A stretch of 64,000 nucleotides of DNA, taken from NCBI GenBank assembly GCA_002633005.1, contig NMRA01000020.1:149621-213620 (forward strand). The letters are read 5' to 3'. Under the pieces are notes generated by a model. That model saw nothing but the letters and a program-made list of their open reading frames with translations, did not search any database and was not told the DNA's origin. Every line of letters starts with the position of its first letter. The first letter of the stretch is position 1. The DNA is from Phoronis australis. Lineage: Eukaryota > Animalia > Phoronida. This document shows, in pieces, positions 38,376 through 50,930 of the stretch. Made by a program: the position numbers and the translations under genes.

Positions 38376-39095
38376 AGTCGTCAGGTCCTGGTGGTTAGTT
38401 GTATGTGGCAGTAGCCAATTGCATCATTTCTGTGCCATCTCTAACACATCAATGCAATAGTCTCCCTCTGGTTATTCCTGGAAACAGTCAAGAATAGCCA
38501 TAGTATTATTTACAGGATTCTGTCGCACATTTTGACAACTAGTCAACACTGAGTGACCCAAAAAGGATGTCTATCTAATACACATGTGGTAACTTTATAA
38601 GAAACAATTTCCGCAGATAAGCCCCCCCCCCAAGAAACCACACCCATGGATAAACGCATATGGGAATTTATTAGGTTTAAAACTTCGGGTTTGAAGTGTT
38701 CAGATATCAGGGCATGTATTTAGAAAATTTCCTCTTATAAATTTCGAAATTTTACAGCAATTTCAGGTTTTTGGAGCATATCACTTAGAATTCGAAAGAA
38801 AAACAGCAGTTACTATGTTGTGGCTAGGATCTTTGGGCTGCACGACCCGCCGAATAAACGGGCATGTGTTTATTAGGTGCTAATAACACACCTGAAAATG
38901 TCATTTTTCAAATGCTCGTCAGCGTACTTGCAGACGTTTTTGGTAGCAGCCGATGACAACAATAAAGCTGCAAAATATGAAACATTTTGGTTGTAACCGG
39001 TCTACGACCCGACAATCGCACGCTGCATGAATTTGGTTTGAACTGAGAAAAAAGTCAATCAATATAAATATACAGCTTTGCACCGATGTGGGTAA

Positions 39096-39910
39096 AAAAG
39101 TGGTAAGATAAAATCTGACATAAAATTAGTGTCATTAAAAACTACAGTCTTCCTTGAGTAAACAAAATTATTTAACAGTGTTGGAAAAAATGGCGTTCTA
39201 CCGTTATTCTGCTGCTAAAGTTGTGGAGCGATCTTTAGCGACGGCTTTCGGCGCCATGAAATATTGCGTCACCTATTGGCCAGTTTCTTTTTTCGCCGAT
39301 TCTTCAATCAACTGCTGTTCTTTCACGAGCTTGCGTACACGTCACAACAAATTATTGGAACTGGTTTCACTTCATTATAATTTTTTAGAATTCCGATACC
39401 GAAAACCCGAATTTCAGAACAAATTTTGCTTCTCCAAAGTTATCGCGAAAATTTAGGAAATGGCGCGTGCGCGTGACACGAGCGTATTGTTTTCGAAACG
39501 ACGACATACTTTTCATTGTTAGAAAAGGCGGAGAGTTACGCAAGAAAATGACGTTTATTGCATTGTTTTTCACTTAAACGGCTGTAACGGACAAGAGTAT
39601 GCAAAATCTGGGAATCAACCGGGTTGATTCCCAGATTTTGCATGAACCCCGTCCGGTCTTTAGCTTTACATTTTGATACAAGTTTCACGGCGCGGTGACT
39701 AGCAAAACTACCCTGGCTGTGTGCAATTTCGGGGTCTACGGAAGAAATACACGCAGTGGGAACCTAGCTGAATTTTGACGACAGTCATCATACAGCTAGC
39801 TGGCTGGCTACATTTTTTCCAGCATCGTTAAATTATTTTGTTTACTCAAGGAAGACTGCAGTTTTTAATGACTTTAATTTTGTGTCAGATTATATCTTAC
39901 CACTTTTTTT
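39096..39910. mobile_element. Element with ~100-bp inverted repeats and an internal perfect palindrome
   Basis: 39096-39192 is the reverse complement of 39810-39908. Confidence 0.8.
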
Positions 39911-40522
39911 AGCTAAGGCTAAACAAGAAGTAAAAAATACTCTACTACCGCATCAGTTTTCAAAACAACCCCAGACCTGACCAAATATGCCTTTTTGGTC
40001 TAAGCGATTACTAAGTCCTGCCTCTGAATTGAACTCTCGGTTCCGAACGGCAATCACCGCGTGTAAGTCTTTTGATTGCCTATTTAGCCAATGGGGGCTC
40101 GGAGAAAGCTGGTCAATGACAGGAACAGACAGTAATCGGTCGCTTGCCAATTCTGCTTCATGCAGTGATGCAAGTAGTCAGTCAAGTTAGGTTTGGTTGT
40201 CTTGCGTCACATATTAATTTTATGCTCCAACAACTGAAAAAGTAAACCACTAACCGCTGACTTTTGACCTACTTATAGTTGTACACATCTGCACTCGTGT
40301 TCCAAACGTACAAATGATCATTACTTTTCCCAAAATGAACAAGCATTTTAACACTTACGTGTGGAGACTGATGGTTTGCATATAACTTTAGTCAGTTCTT
40401 GTACTTAAAACAGCTGAATGCAAACACACAGTTTGTGACAAAGTTGTCGTAGAACTCTGTGCTTTCTCACTCTACCATTTTCATCGCTGAAGCGCTTTTA
40501 AGAGCACGTGCTGTCATCTTAA

Positions 40523-42204
40523 AGGCTAATGCCACCCGATTTTATTAGTCTTTTTTGCCGTCTTAATCGGTCTATTTCCACATCGCCTCGCGTACGGTCG
40601 ACCTTACCTTGCCAAGACGTGTCGCGTTAACCTGTGAGGAAGGTGAGAAACGACGCTAGCGACGTCAGTGGTTCATATGCATAGTGAATACCGCTATGTT
40701 GCGGTGTATCGTTCCCGCTTGTCCGAACTAAACAGCTACGAGGAAAGCGAGTATATCGTTTTTTTTTTTTTACTTACTCGAGAGTCCGAAATGCTTAGGA
40801 AGTGGCTCATGGTAGTGAAGAATGAAATGTACGCTGTAAATAGCAAGTATGACATCTCCGTGTCTGTGGCCTGCAGACAACGTCGACAGTGCCTCACGAA
40901 TGCCGGCTTACCAAATAACTACCAAAACGTTCCGTTGTCTGAGCTTGTTCACGGCGCCTCTTTAGTATTTCTTCATCACTGTAGTCCTGTTCGAATTGAT
41001 AGCCTGTAAGACTTAACGATCCACCTGCGAAGTCGGGATTGATGAGCCGCTCTAGCTCGTCCTAAGTCGGGATTGCGAGTTGCCATGTTGGCGTTTATTA
41101 CTGACCGTTCTGTTTCAAAATGAATTTTTCTCACTCTAACCAATACTTATATAAAAGTGAAACAAAGTCTGTATCATTAGATGTAATTTGAAATGCTTCT
41201 GGAGTGTTCGTGAGTGCACGAAATGATTTGAGGAGCCAGCAATGAATAGTCACTGCGTTACCGGCTTTAGGTGCAATAAAACTAATTGACGGGACAACGA
41301 GGCCGTGTAAGCTCTAATTTAGTGTTTGCTGGCAGAAACTGTTGTGAAACAATTCGATTTCCACCCCACGACCAGGTGTTAGGGGAATCTTTATTTACGT
41401 TTACATTACTCAAATAATGATTGTCAATGTAGAACTTCTGCCCTGACGGTGCTGTGGCCAAAGCGGAACTGAATTGGCGGCCCCCGACGAGTAAGTAGAT
41501 TTGCAGTTTCGTGGCTAATTCACCAACATAATCACGTGCACATTACTTTGGCTCACTAGTATAGTTTTTTCTTGACTGGAAGTTTAGTTTCCACTGAACT
41601 TTGGCTGGTTTGTTCGTGTTTCTGACCAGTTTCCGAGCCACTGGCCAGTGAGGATAACGAGTCAACTTGAATCCGGCCGGCCGCCGACGGGCCTGATCGG
41701 GCTCCGACGGAGCCACTGGCCAGGATAACGAGCGTTTTGTGTCTAGAACTCAGAAAATCACAAGTCTAAACAACACAGATCTAGGTTCTCCTGTCTGCAT
41801 CTCACGGAAAATACTTCGAAATTATCTCCAAACACACCCCAAACTCCTGCTACGGACCTTATTGGCCTGCCGAACTTTGTAGGTTACGGTGTGTCCTAAT
41901 ACCAATAAATCCGTAAGAGCGAAATAAAACAACACGTTTTTGTAAGAACTCGGTGTATTTTTAAGGGTTTTACATCGAAGTTTGATGATTTATTGGTGCT
42001 AAACGATGACTCCAAGCGATAAGCTGACACCGGTAACCCGTGTTGTGAACTGCTGAACAGAACGCGTGTGAAACCGATGACGTAATTGGATAATTTCAAC
42101 ACCTCCGTCTGCCGTCAGGTAACGCAACCGCACGTGTCGTTATGGAGTAGAACTACTCGATCTAAATTGATACAAATTAGGTTGTTTTTTGGGTGGCATG
42201 CTCC
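40523..42204 (+). mobile_element. Kolobok-like non-autonomous DNA transposon with decayed THAP domain
   Basis: TTAA|AGGCTAATGCCACCC ... GGGTGGCATGCTCCT|TTAA; from 40696 MLRCIVPACPN*...SFF..LTRESEMLRKWLMVVK (THAP C-x4-C, F, W pattern). Confidence 0.7.
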
Positions 42205-42376
42205 TTTAAAAGATGGACATCATACTGACAGCACGTGTACAGCATCGATACCACGTGCTTGGTTTAGTAGGCCTACTGAACGCCTGCTGAAGTCATACTT
42301 GTGTGTCCACATTTCAAAGTCTGTTTTCAGCTATGCCGAGTCAAGTCATTTTCACTTTTTAAGCAGTGATTATTGC

Positions 42377-42799
42377 ATAGTAGGCGGATTTAGCTTCAAA
42401 AATAAAACAAGAGCGTGAGGAAATGTTGAGTTTTTTAATTAACTCCGGAAATTAACATACGACTGAAAAAAGATTTAACAATGTGTGGAGCATAGACATC
42501 TTAATAATGTGATGTCTATGGTGTGAGTTTGTTTGTGCGCGCGCGTGTGCGTGTGTAGGGAGCTACAACCCGATTTCAAGTGTTCAATTCAGACAACCGG
42601 CGCAATGGTAAAGGGGACTATTGCTACGTAATGGCGTTCCCGGTCGACATGTGTGTGATCCCACGCAAGACGACCGGCAGTGGAAACCCCCTTCCGAACT
42701 CCCCCCCCATTCGGCACTATGCGCCTCTACAATCGTGCTTTGCGCGGTTGTATACGAGACAGTGTTGGCCCCCCTTATGATATCCTAGATCCGCCACTG
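42377..42799. mobile_element. hAT-type MITE
   Basis: tagtaggcggatttag ... ctagatccgccactg. Confidence 0.45.
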
Positions 42800-42943
42800 T
42801 ATAGTAATTAATAAAACAAGACCGACGTGTCCATCATATATTTGACTATTAAATAAAAACTTGACAAAATCCATATAGCACCAAAATATGTCATCATGTA
42901 CACTTCCACATTAACTCAGCCGCCACATCAAGTGTCATTTAGG

Positions 42944-43038
42944 CTATTCAAAAGTTCCTAAGAATCCAACCCCAATTCGCCGTTCATCCGCCTGAACAGG
43001 GAAAGACTCCACAGTATACAGTTGGTTATTGTAGAACA
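42944..43038 (-). CDS. C6orf89-like exon 6 (FYNNQLYTVESFP...GFLGTFE*)
   Basis: ttacag acceptor, phase 1, TAG stop. Confidence 0.78.
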
Positions 43039-46000
43039 CTGTAAGAAAACAACAAATTATCAAACAATGTGCATCTACTGAGAATAAAGGCAATCTGAAA
43101 ACAGAACACAGAGGCGTGAGGCGATGCGTCAGTAGCATTCGTTCTCAACGGTCGTATGCATGTAGACCCACAACTCCCCCAGGATCAAAGACTACGTTTT
43201 GTCTTTGTTTTCCCTGGCACCGTTCCATCATAAATTCACCTCGCTGACGTTACTATGGCGACTTGGTGAATGAAAGGGCAGAGGGTACACACGAAGCTGC
43301 TCTGTATCTGGGGGGAGATTGGATTTGAGTGACCGCCCTGTAACCTTTGACCTCGGATAAGTAGCAAACAAATACCCACGCGGTTGTGTGGTTCCCAGTT
43401 GGTTCTGCTAAATCCTTTTTTCTCGCTACACTGTATATATTTTGTATTTGAAATTAACCTAGAATGAAGATAAGGTATGTTGTTTGACACATGTGAAATA
43501 CTGTAAAAATGGCCAATTTTTGTGAATAAGGTTTGAGATATCCTTAATGTCACAGCACTAGAGTTTAGAACATTCAACTCAGTGATGGTGACATGAAAAT
43601 GGTGATTTGTTCTGTACCTACCTGACAACCATTCGATGGCAAGTATTAGTGTGCAAGCGAATCAGAAAACACTTTTGATTCTCGGCAATGTCATTGATAT
43701 CTCAAAGGTGGTTGGTCATGTGCCAGCAAAATATTGACGTTTGATCTCGGGCATTTTGGTCGTAGGTGGAACAGCTACCTGTGCTGTCACTGACGTCTTA
43801 AAAAACACTGGTCATAGACTTGAAATACCAGCCAGGTTTCACTTGTCAGCAGTTTTGCAAAGTAGTGCAGTTTGACAATGCAAAATGATCCTGAAAGACC
43901 TCCCACGGAGACTTTATTTTGGTAGGGGCTCCTTAGAAAGCTTAACCCCATAATTTGACCAAAGAACAAATACAGACTAATTTCATGATGGTAAGAGGTC
44001 TATGCGCTTAAAGGTTTATAACTGCTTTGAATAAACTTTAAGCAACCCAGGAGTGAAACCCTAGCAATATCACATGCCAAAGAGTACACTTGCAAGACAT
44101 TGTGTTAATGCGCTTGTATGACACAGGAGATAGCTGTAGGAGACGATAAGCAAATCAGTGCCCAGATACGTACTCATAATTGAGCGAGTTCCACTACAAA
44201 ATTCTGTCATTCAGCCTCGTTGGGGTCTTCAATAGCCTCACAAGTCCTCAGTTCGGCATGCAGCTGCTTAAAGGGCATTTTGCTGCAGTTAATTTTTAAC
44301 TGAAGCCCTGTGGGGTTTGAAAACGCTACGGTGCTCAACTGATCTGAATTGTTGGTGAATGAGCTGACAACTCAAGTCACAGGCAATGCAAACATGTGAC
44401 ATTTTCGACTTCCGATTTTCATGGCCAGCTAAGGAGGAAGAAATGCAGCTACAACTTCATGTGCATGATTAAATAATTTCATTTTATTGTTAACGACCTC
44501 ACCCCAATGTCCCTTGGTTTGATAACGGCCCAAAAAATCAACAAAACTAAGAAACCTGGCTATACATGGACAAATGCAGTTCCACTGAGTTTTTAGGTAA
44601 CACTTAGAACAAACTGCAATATAATTGGCATGTGAGTTGGGATAACGCACAACAGTCAATTTGAGCCTTTAAATTGGAGAAAGAGCTTTGATTCTAAGTA
44701 ACGCTCCTGTATGGAATGGTCATTGAACGAGAGAAAGCTGTTATTCCAATTTTGCTTTCCCTTCCACAAGCACATAGTTAGAGATCAGTGCAACCATACC
44801 CAGTTCTACTAACACTGTGACGTTGAAGAGTAGCACAACTTACACACATTCGTTGCATTCATCACCACCTCCATCTGAGTGCAGTTCAACTGACAATGGA
44901 CGTTTGGTGTGAGTACAAGACGCCTGGTGCCATCCGCCTGAGCATACCAAGTGTTGGCAAGAAGGGCATAGATGGGCTGCAACAGAGAATGGACCAATCA
45001 CAGATAGTGCGTAACTTAGAATGAACCAGTAGTTACAGATGAGCTGTGACAGGGAATTGTGCAATCACATATAGTGCATAACTTAGAATGAACTAGTTAT
45101 TATAGATAGGATGTAACAGGGATGAAATGGTCATTGTAGATGGACTGTAACATTGATGTACTGGTCATTGAAGATGGACTGTAACAGTGATGTACTGGTT
45201 GTTGTAGAATTGGACTGTAACAGTAATGTACTGGTCGTCGCAGATGGACTGTAACAGTGATATACTGGTCATTGTAGAATTGGACTGTAACAGTGATGTA
45301 CTGGTCATTGTAGATGGACTGTAACAGTGATGTACTGGTCATTGCAGATGGACTGTAACAGTGATGTACTGGTCATTGTAGATGGACTGTAACAGTGATG
45401 TACTGGTCATTGCAGACGGACTGTAACAGTGATGTACTGGTCGTTGTAGAATTGGACTGAAACAGTGATGTACTGGTCATTGTAGACGGACTGAAACAGT
45501 GATGTACTGGTCATTGTAGATGGACTGTAACAGTGATGTACTGGTCATTGCAGATGGACTGTAACAGTGATATACTGGTCATTGTAGATGGACTGTGTCG
45601 CAACAGAGTGAACCAGCCATCATCATGGTATGTTTAAAAAGAGCAAAACTAGTCACCTTCAGATTACCATGGGAGCAAGAGTTAACACCAATCAGCTAAA
45701 CAGAGATGGAGTCAGCTAGTTGTTCATTAAAACAAGGTTGTGTAACCTACAGTCAACATTTGTGATGAAATGGGTGATAGAATTTGACTCGCATAATTCA
45801 ACATCCCAGCCGTACCAACTGATTACTTCAGTGGCTGTTACTTTGGAGGTCAGGGTAAGCTAGTTAACTCCTAAGCATGGGGTCAACTTGCTGTTCCCCA
45901 GTCCATATATTCCTTGGTCTCTATGTGCCCCAGCCTCTAGGTTCCCCATCCCGATGTTCCCCCAACCCTATATTTTCCCTTCCCGATTTCATGCCTAATT

Positions 46001-49000
46001 TATTTTAATTTCTACATTTAAAGGGCAATAATTTGGACGCAAGCAATATCGTCAGCATGCACTACTCTTTTATAGAATTGCTCATGGAGTTGAAATCTTA
46101 TATTGAGAACGCTTATGGGTGTCGGGGATCCTCGAGCGCTTTTCAGTCGTAGGATCTTTGCCTTTAATTAGCAATAGATTAAACAATTGAAAATAAATGT
46201 AGAGAATATGTTTTGGACCTGGTGAACATGGGGATGGGGGAGCAGATGACCGGGGTAACATGGGGATGGGGGAGCAGACGACCGGGGCGAACATGAGGAT
46301 GGGGGAGTAGACGACCAGGGGAACATGGGGATGGGGGAGCAGACGACCGGGGGAACATGGTAATGAGGGAACATCAGCTCAGTAACATACGGATGCGACA
46401 TATAGGAGCCTGAAAACAGTGATTAAGACCCATGGAGCACACTTGCAAAACACTCGCCATTAATTAGCGTGGTCTTGTTTTTGGTGAGATTTTTATGCAT
46501 CTGTCTGTTGCCCACAAGTACTTACAAACTTGTAGGGTGGAGCCTCAGGTCCATCTATGTAAATACGCTTCTCCAAAGACACTTCATTCTCATTGGGTAC
46601 GAAGTAGGGACGCACAAACATTTGACGGAGGAGTATTGATGCTGCTACACGCCGAGTGACCCTGAAAATTATTGGACAGAAATGCATCTATCTGTCATTA
46701 TCACAATCATTGGGTCTGTAAAGCAGCATACTAACCTTGGTGAAAGTCAATAATTGTACAATACTTACAATGGAGCATTCTAATTAAAAGAAGAATGTCA
46801 AAAAAACAAAACTGCTGTCATTCCTCCAATATGTTTCCAGAACCATATTTTGTGATTTTGATCTCTTGAAACTGGTGAGTTTATTCTAAACTGCCATCTA
46901 AACTCACAGCTTTCAAGACTTTACAGTACACATCAAAGGAAAAGGCAGTACTCCCCTACAGGGGTCCTGCATTTTAAGAACCATTATTTCTCAACATAAT
47001 AACAAGGATCAAACTATTTTTCAAAATACAGGACCCTTAAAGTGCAAAGGTAAGTGGCCAAAATTCAATTTTTCTGCCAATGAATAAAGCCATGCCGCAA
47101 TGGAGTCATTCCAGCTGTACTGTTGGTCAATTTTGCGTGCACTAAGCCATAAAAAGATGGAAGTTTGATTGCCTTCACTGAAGCCAACACGACGGTGAAT
47201 TCGAGGGTAATTTTGCGTGACTAGTTTTGGCATGCAGTGTATATCACTGAGGCACAAAAGATACATTCTGTCTAAACCCTGTAAATATGATACATAACTG
47301 CTATGGTAACTTTTACTCAAATACAACATGTGTGATATTCTTTGTATCCTTTTACCAAACATTATGTTGTTGGGGGTCTTTATCAATGATATCTTCAGGT
47401 ATAGCCTCACTGGAGAAAAGATCTGCCAGAGATGTGATGCTTGGGTTGGTTGATGCCACGTATGCTGTACCAAAGTTGAGAGAGGCTGAGTTCTCAGAGT
47501 ATAGCCATTGTAGGTAAATATAGGACACTATTGTCTGAAGACTGTCCTGAAAAGAATTAAAGTTGAAGCAGCTTGAAATCGTATTCCCTCGAATAACACC
47601 ACTCACTACTGTAAAATTAGTCTCAAAATTTCCTTGCTCAGATGAGAGCTGTTATCTCATTCTTGGTTGAGAGACCATGCTTAGTAAATAAAATGACAGG
47701 CTATGACAAGTCAACTTGTATATACAGGTCTCAGGAAACAATGACCTGTCATTCTTTTCAAAGCACAGAAATCACATTTATTTTCAATGAGGAGCAATTT
47801 GAGATGGTGAAGAAATTTTCATAAACTGAAATTGCACTTTTCCACCATATTATGTGAATGAAATTAAGTTTTTTATTTTTTTATTTTTGCAGAAAAACAT
47901 ATATTTAAAAACATATATACATAGCAAGTGTGCACACTTAGTCACAAATAATCAACTATGCAAGGTCTTTCCACTTAATGAAATGTCGCTCCAACTCCAA
48001 ATTTTGTTTACAAATCAAGTACTCAATTTTACAATAATCTATGATATAAGCCGGTAAGTTATCAAAAATAGGTAAAGCTTCCTTAAACTTCTCCCTATAT
48101 ATAAACATTTTCATTAAGCAAAATATGAGATCACATACAAACAAACTTCTATTGCAAAAACCTAACAAAACCTCTTTTGCGGAAATATTGATATTGTTGT
48201 GAAAAATCTGCTTGAGCCTGAAAATAGTAATTTCTTCCTCAAACTTTTAACATATCTACACTCCCAGAACAAATGTACAATAGATTCTGGGACTTCGCTG
48301 CAAAAAACATAGATGTGAGTTTAAAATACCAATTTTTGTGAGAAAACATTTTGTTGGAAGAATGTTATGTACAATTCTATAATTAAACCACCTGATTTTT
48401 GTATCAGTATACTTGCCAATAGCACTATTTATGGAATCCCAATCCATACTTTCATTGGTCATGCTTAGGCTTAAATTCCACTTTACTTCTGAAGAAGGTT
48501 TACGGTACTGATTTTAAACAAATAAATCGTAAAAGTCATTAAAGCCTTTTGGTGATCTAGTTATAACTTCGTACACTTTGGACCATTATGGTAACAACAC
48601 AACATTTTGTTTGTAATCAAAACTGTGTTCTATCTTTTGAATGACTCGATGAATGCCGAAAATTCAGTAAAAGGGGGACAAAGCCAGCCTTTCTACAGAA
48701 TTCAGTATAATTAATAAGTCTCCCTGAGGGATGAATCAAGTCAGCCACAATATGAAAACCTTTCTTAAACCACCGCTTATAGAATACCGTTTTGCCACCA
48801 ATCATTATATTATTGTTATACCACAATGGCTGCAAAGATAATTGTTTACCATTATTTATTATTAGCTGTAAATCATAAAACGATTGAAAAACCTCTTTCC
48901 AAAATGTTTTTTTTTTAATTTTCAATAAATTAAGTTGATAAAAAATTCCTTTAAGATAAAAATACCTTTAAGAATTGGAGGCTCAGTGGAGTGTAGTATT

Positions 49001-50930
49001 CAATATAACAGGTGACGAGATAAGACTGGGAAAGCTCACCTGTACAGTGAATGGTCTCCATGTGGTATCATCGTTGATTATTCTGTAACGACCTGTAGCA
49101 TCTTTAATAGTCTTGATGCCAGAACACAGAACACAGTCATCCAAAGGGTTGGCAAACTTAGGATTGTATACCAAGCAGAGTTCATCGTAGTAAGCTTGAC
49201 AAGAAAATGCAGAAATTAGACAGAGATTTTAAACACAATAACGGCATATGAAATAGAATAATTACTACATATTTTGTAGAGCTTATCCCACAAAAAGACA
49301 TTATATGAAATAACTCAAAGGGAGACGTCTTGATAGAAACTCTCAGCATACTGGTTCTTTTGAATTTGTCTAGTCTTGCTGGGCAGACTCCGTAAAATAA
49401 CGGGTATTCTAATTTTCCAGTAGCTCACCAATGAAATATTATTGAGTGCCTGCCCAGGATTGCAATGTTAAGATGACAAAAAGGACAAATAGTAAAACCC
49501 CGCTAGTCATGATGTACCAGAAAAGACAACATTTTTGACAAAAAACTTATTTTTATTACCTTTAATAACTGAAAATAATACAATAGAATTACCGTAATAG
49601 TTCGGGTTAACGCCCATGCTCAGTTAACCGCCCATCCCTGACTTTAAGTGGATTTTCGATTTAACCGCCCACTGCTCGGTTAACCGCCCTCCCCCAATTT
49701 TTTGGATTCGCCAATTTAACCGCCCAGGGCGTTAACCCGAACAATTACGGTAAGTTAGTGGAATATAGTAGTGCATAATAATGTATTAGCACATCACTTC
49801 ATGACAAAATACATTTTTGCTCAATCGCATACAACGGGAGATGAATATTCATACCCACAGCAAAAATACAGAATGCAGCAGACAAGTTTTAAAAACAGCA
49901 CAAAGACTAAGTTTTTGGTGTAACTTTATTGCAGTACACACATCCATTAACTTTCATTGAAATCCATTTTTGGTGAGCAATTACTTCTAATACAGGAAGG
50001 TTCAAACTTCCAGAATAATGTGCCCACATATAAATATATGGGTGCATAAAACAGCTGCATGCACAACCCACAAAACACAAGTCTGAAATTGAAGCTTAAA
50101 ATTTAACAAAAAAACACGTAGGCCTATACAGATACTACCCCAGCGGATGGGCAAAACTTTCCTGCAGCAGAGAGAGAGATCTGTGGAGTAAACTGACGGA
50201 AATAAGTTTTTCAGAAAAAAATGAAGAAGCAGTACTGTTCAAAGAATAGTAAAGTGACATTTCCCATACAAGTACGAGTCTAATTTTTACGTTACCAACA
50301 ATAACGTATCCATGAAAAATTTACCCCTCTAAGCATCACTGAGCATGCGGCGGTCACGATCATCGTGCCTGACCACAGTCCCTGGTCACAACTAAGACTG
50401 TCTTGTAAATTGGCTGAGCTAAATTATTGCAACCGCGCGTAGCCGTAAAACCATAAGCAGACAACAAAGCCAACGGACCATAACATTCCCACGACCTTGA
50501 ACTAAAATCTCATTAAGTTCGACACACTTCAGCGAAAACATGGGGTCAGATGCCGAGCCTTACCTGTCAAACTACCCCTTCGATGCAAGAACGGCAAAGC
50601 CAATTTCCTTAATGTCCGCGAGGTAACATGTTGGTGCTTACTCAGGAGTTTCCCAAGTCTTAAACCCAATCGCTTCTCGAACACAGGGTTGAAGTTTAAA
50701 AACAGATTGGCACAGCCAATCAAAACCAGAAACGCCAACCAAATCTTCAGAGCAAATTTCATTGCCCTCCAAACTCTTCCTCCTCCAGGTCCACTCCATG
50801 AGTCTTCATCTTCCTTTAAAAGTTTACGGAAACATGCGTCGATCTCATCGTCGCTTATACCAGACTCCTTAGCCTTTTGACGTATGGTCGAAAGGTTCGT
50901 AGTGAACTCCCGCACGCCAACTTTCCGCAT
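42944..50930 (-). CDS. Whole gene: C6orf89/BRAP-like type II membrane protein, 6 exons, ~358 aa
   Basis: Phase-consistent exons totalling 1077 nt; single N-terminal TM helix (IWLAFLVLIGCANLFL); YYDELCLVYNP..DC..C motif, F.RPYFVP motif and C-terminal cupin-like strands recalled from the C6orf89 family. Confidence 0.8.
44844..44976 (-). CDS. C6orf89-like exon 5 (PIYALLANTWYAQADG...NATNV)
   Basis: ttgcag/gtaagt, phase 0/1. Confidence 0.82.
45130..45596. repeat. 34-bp minisatellite, ~13-14 copies
   Basis: Unit gatggactgtaacagtgatgtactggtcattgta. Confidence 0.95.
45888..46382. mobile_element. MITE with inverted tgttcccc/gggaaca subterminal repeats (33-bp tandem at 46220-46360)
   Basis: Direct observation. 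Confidence 0.6.
46526..46661 (-). CDS. C6orf89-like exon 4 (VTRRVAASILLRQMFVRPYFVP...PYKF)
   Basis: tttcag/gtaagt, phase 2/0. Confidence 0.82.
47356..47546 (-). CDS. C6orf89-like exon 3 (DSLQTIVSY...HNVW)
   Basis: tttcag/gtaaaa, phase 0/2. Confidence 0.8.
47870..48980 (-). mobile_element. L1/Tx1-type LINE 3' fragment (zf-RVT region), intronic
   Basis: FWKEVF..PLWYNNNIMIGGK..W.KKG; KIRWFNYRIVHNILPT..L.KIG....C-FC.E.PESIVHLFWEC; A-rich tail at ~47870. Confidence 0.85.
49040..49194 (-). CDS. C6orf89-like exon 2 (YYDELCLVYNPKF...PFTVQ)
   Basis: gtcaag/gtgagc, phase 1/0. Confidence 0.8.
49592..49750. mobile_element. 159-bp Tc1/mariner-type MITE with TA TSD
   Basis: ta|CCGTAATAGTTCGGGTTAACGCCC ... 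GGGCGTTAACCCGAACAATTACGG|ta; internal ttaaccgccc x4. Confidence 0.9.
50564..50930 (-). CDS. C6orf89-like exon 1 (MRKVGVREF...TM...RGSLT)
   Basis: ATG at 50930, donor gtaagg, phase 1. Confidence 0.8.

Noticed and set aside
45130-45596. CRISPR-like 34-bp array and ORF 45100-45342
   Set aside because: No unique spacers; the ORF is a by-product of the repeat.
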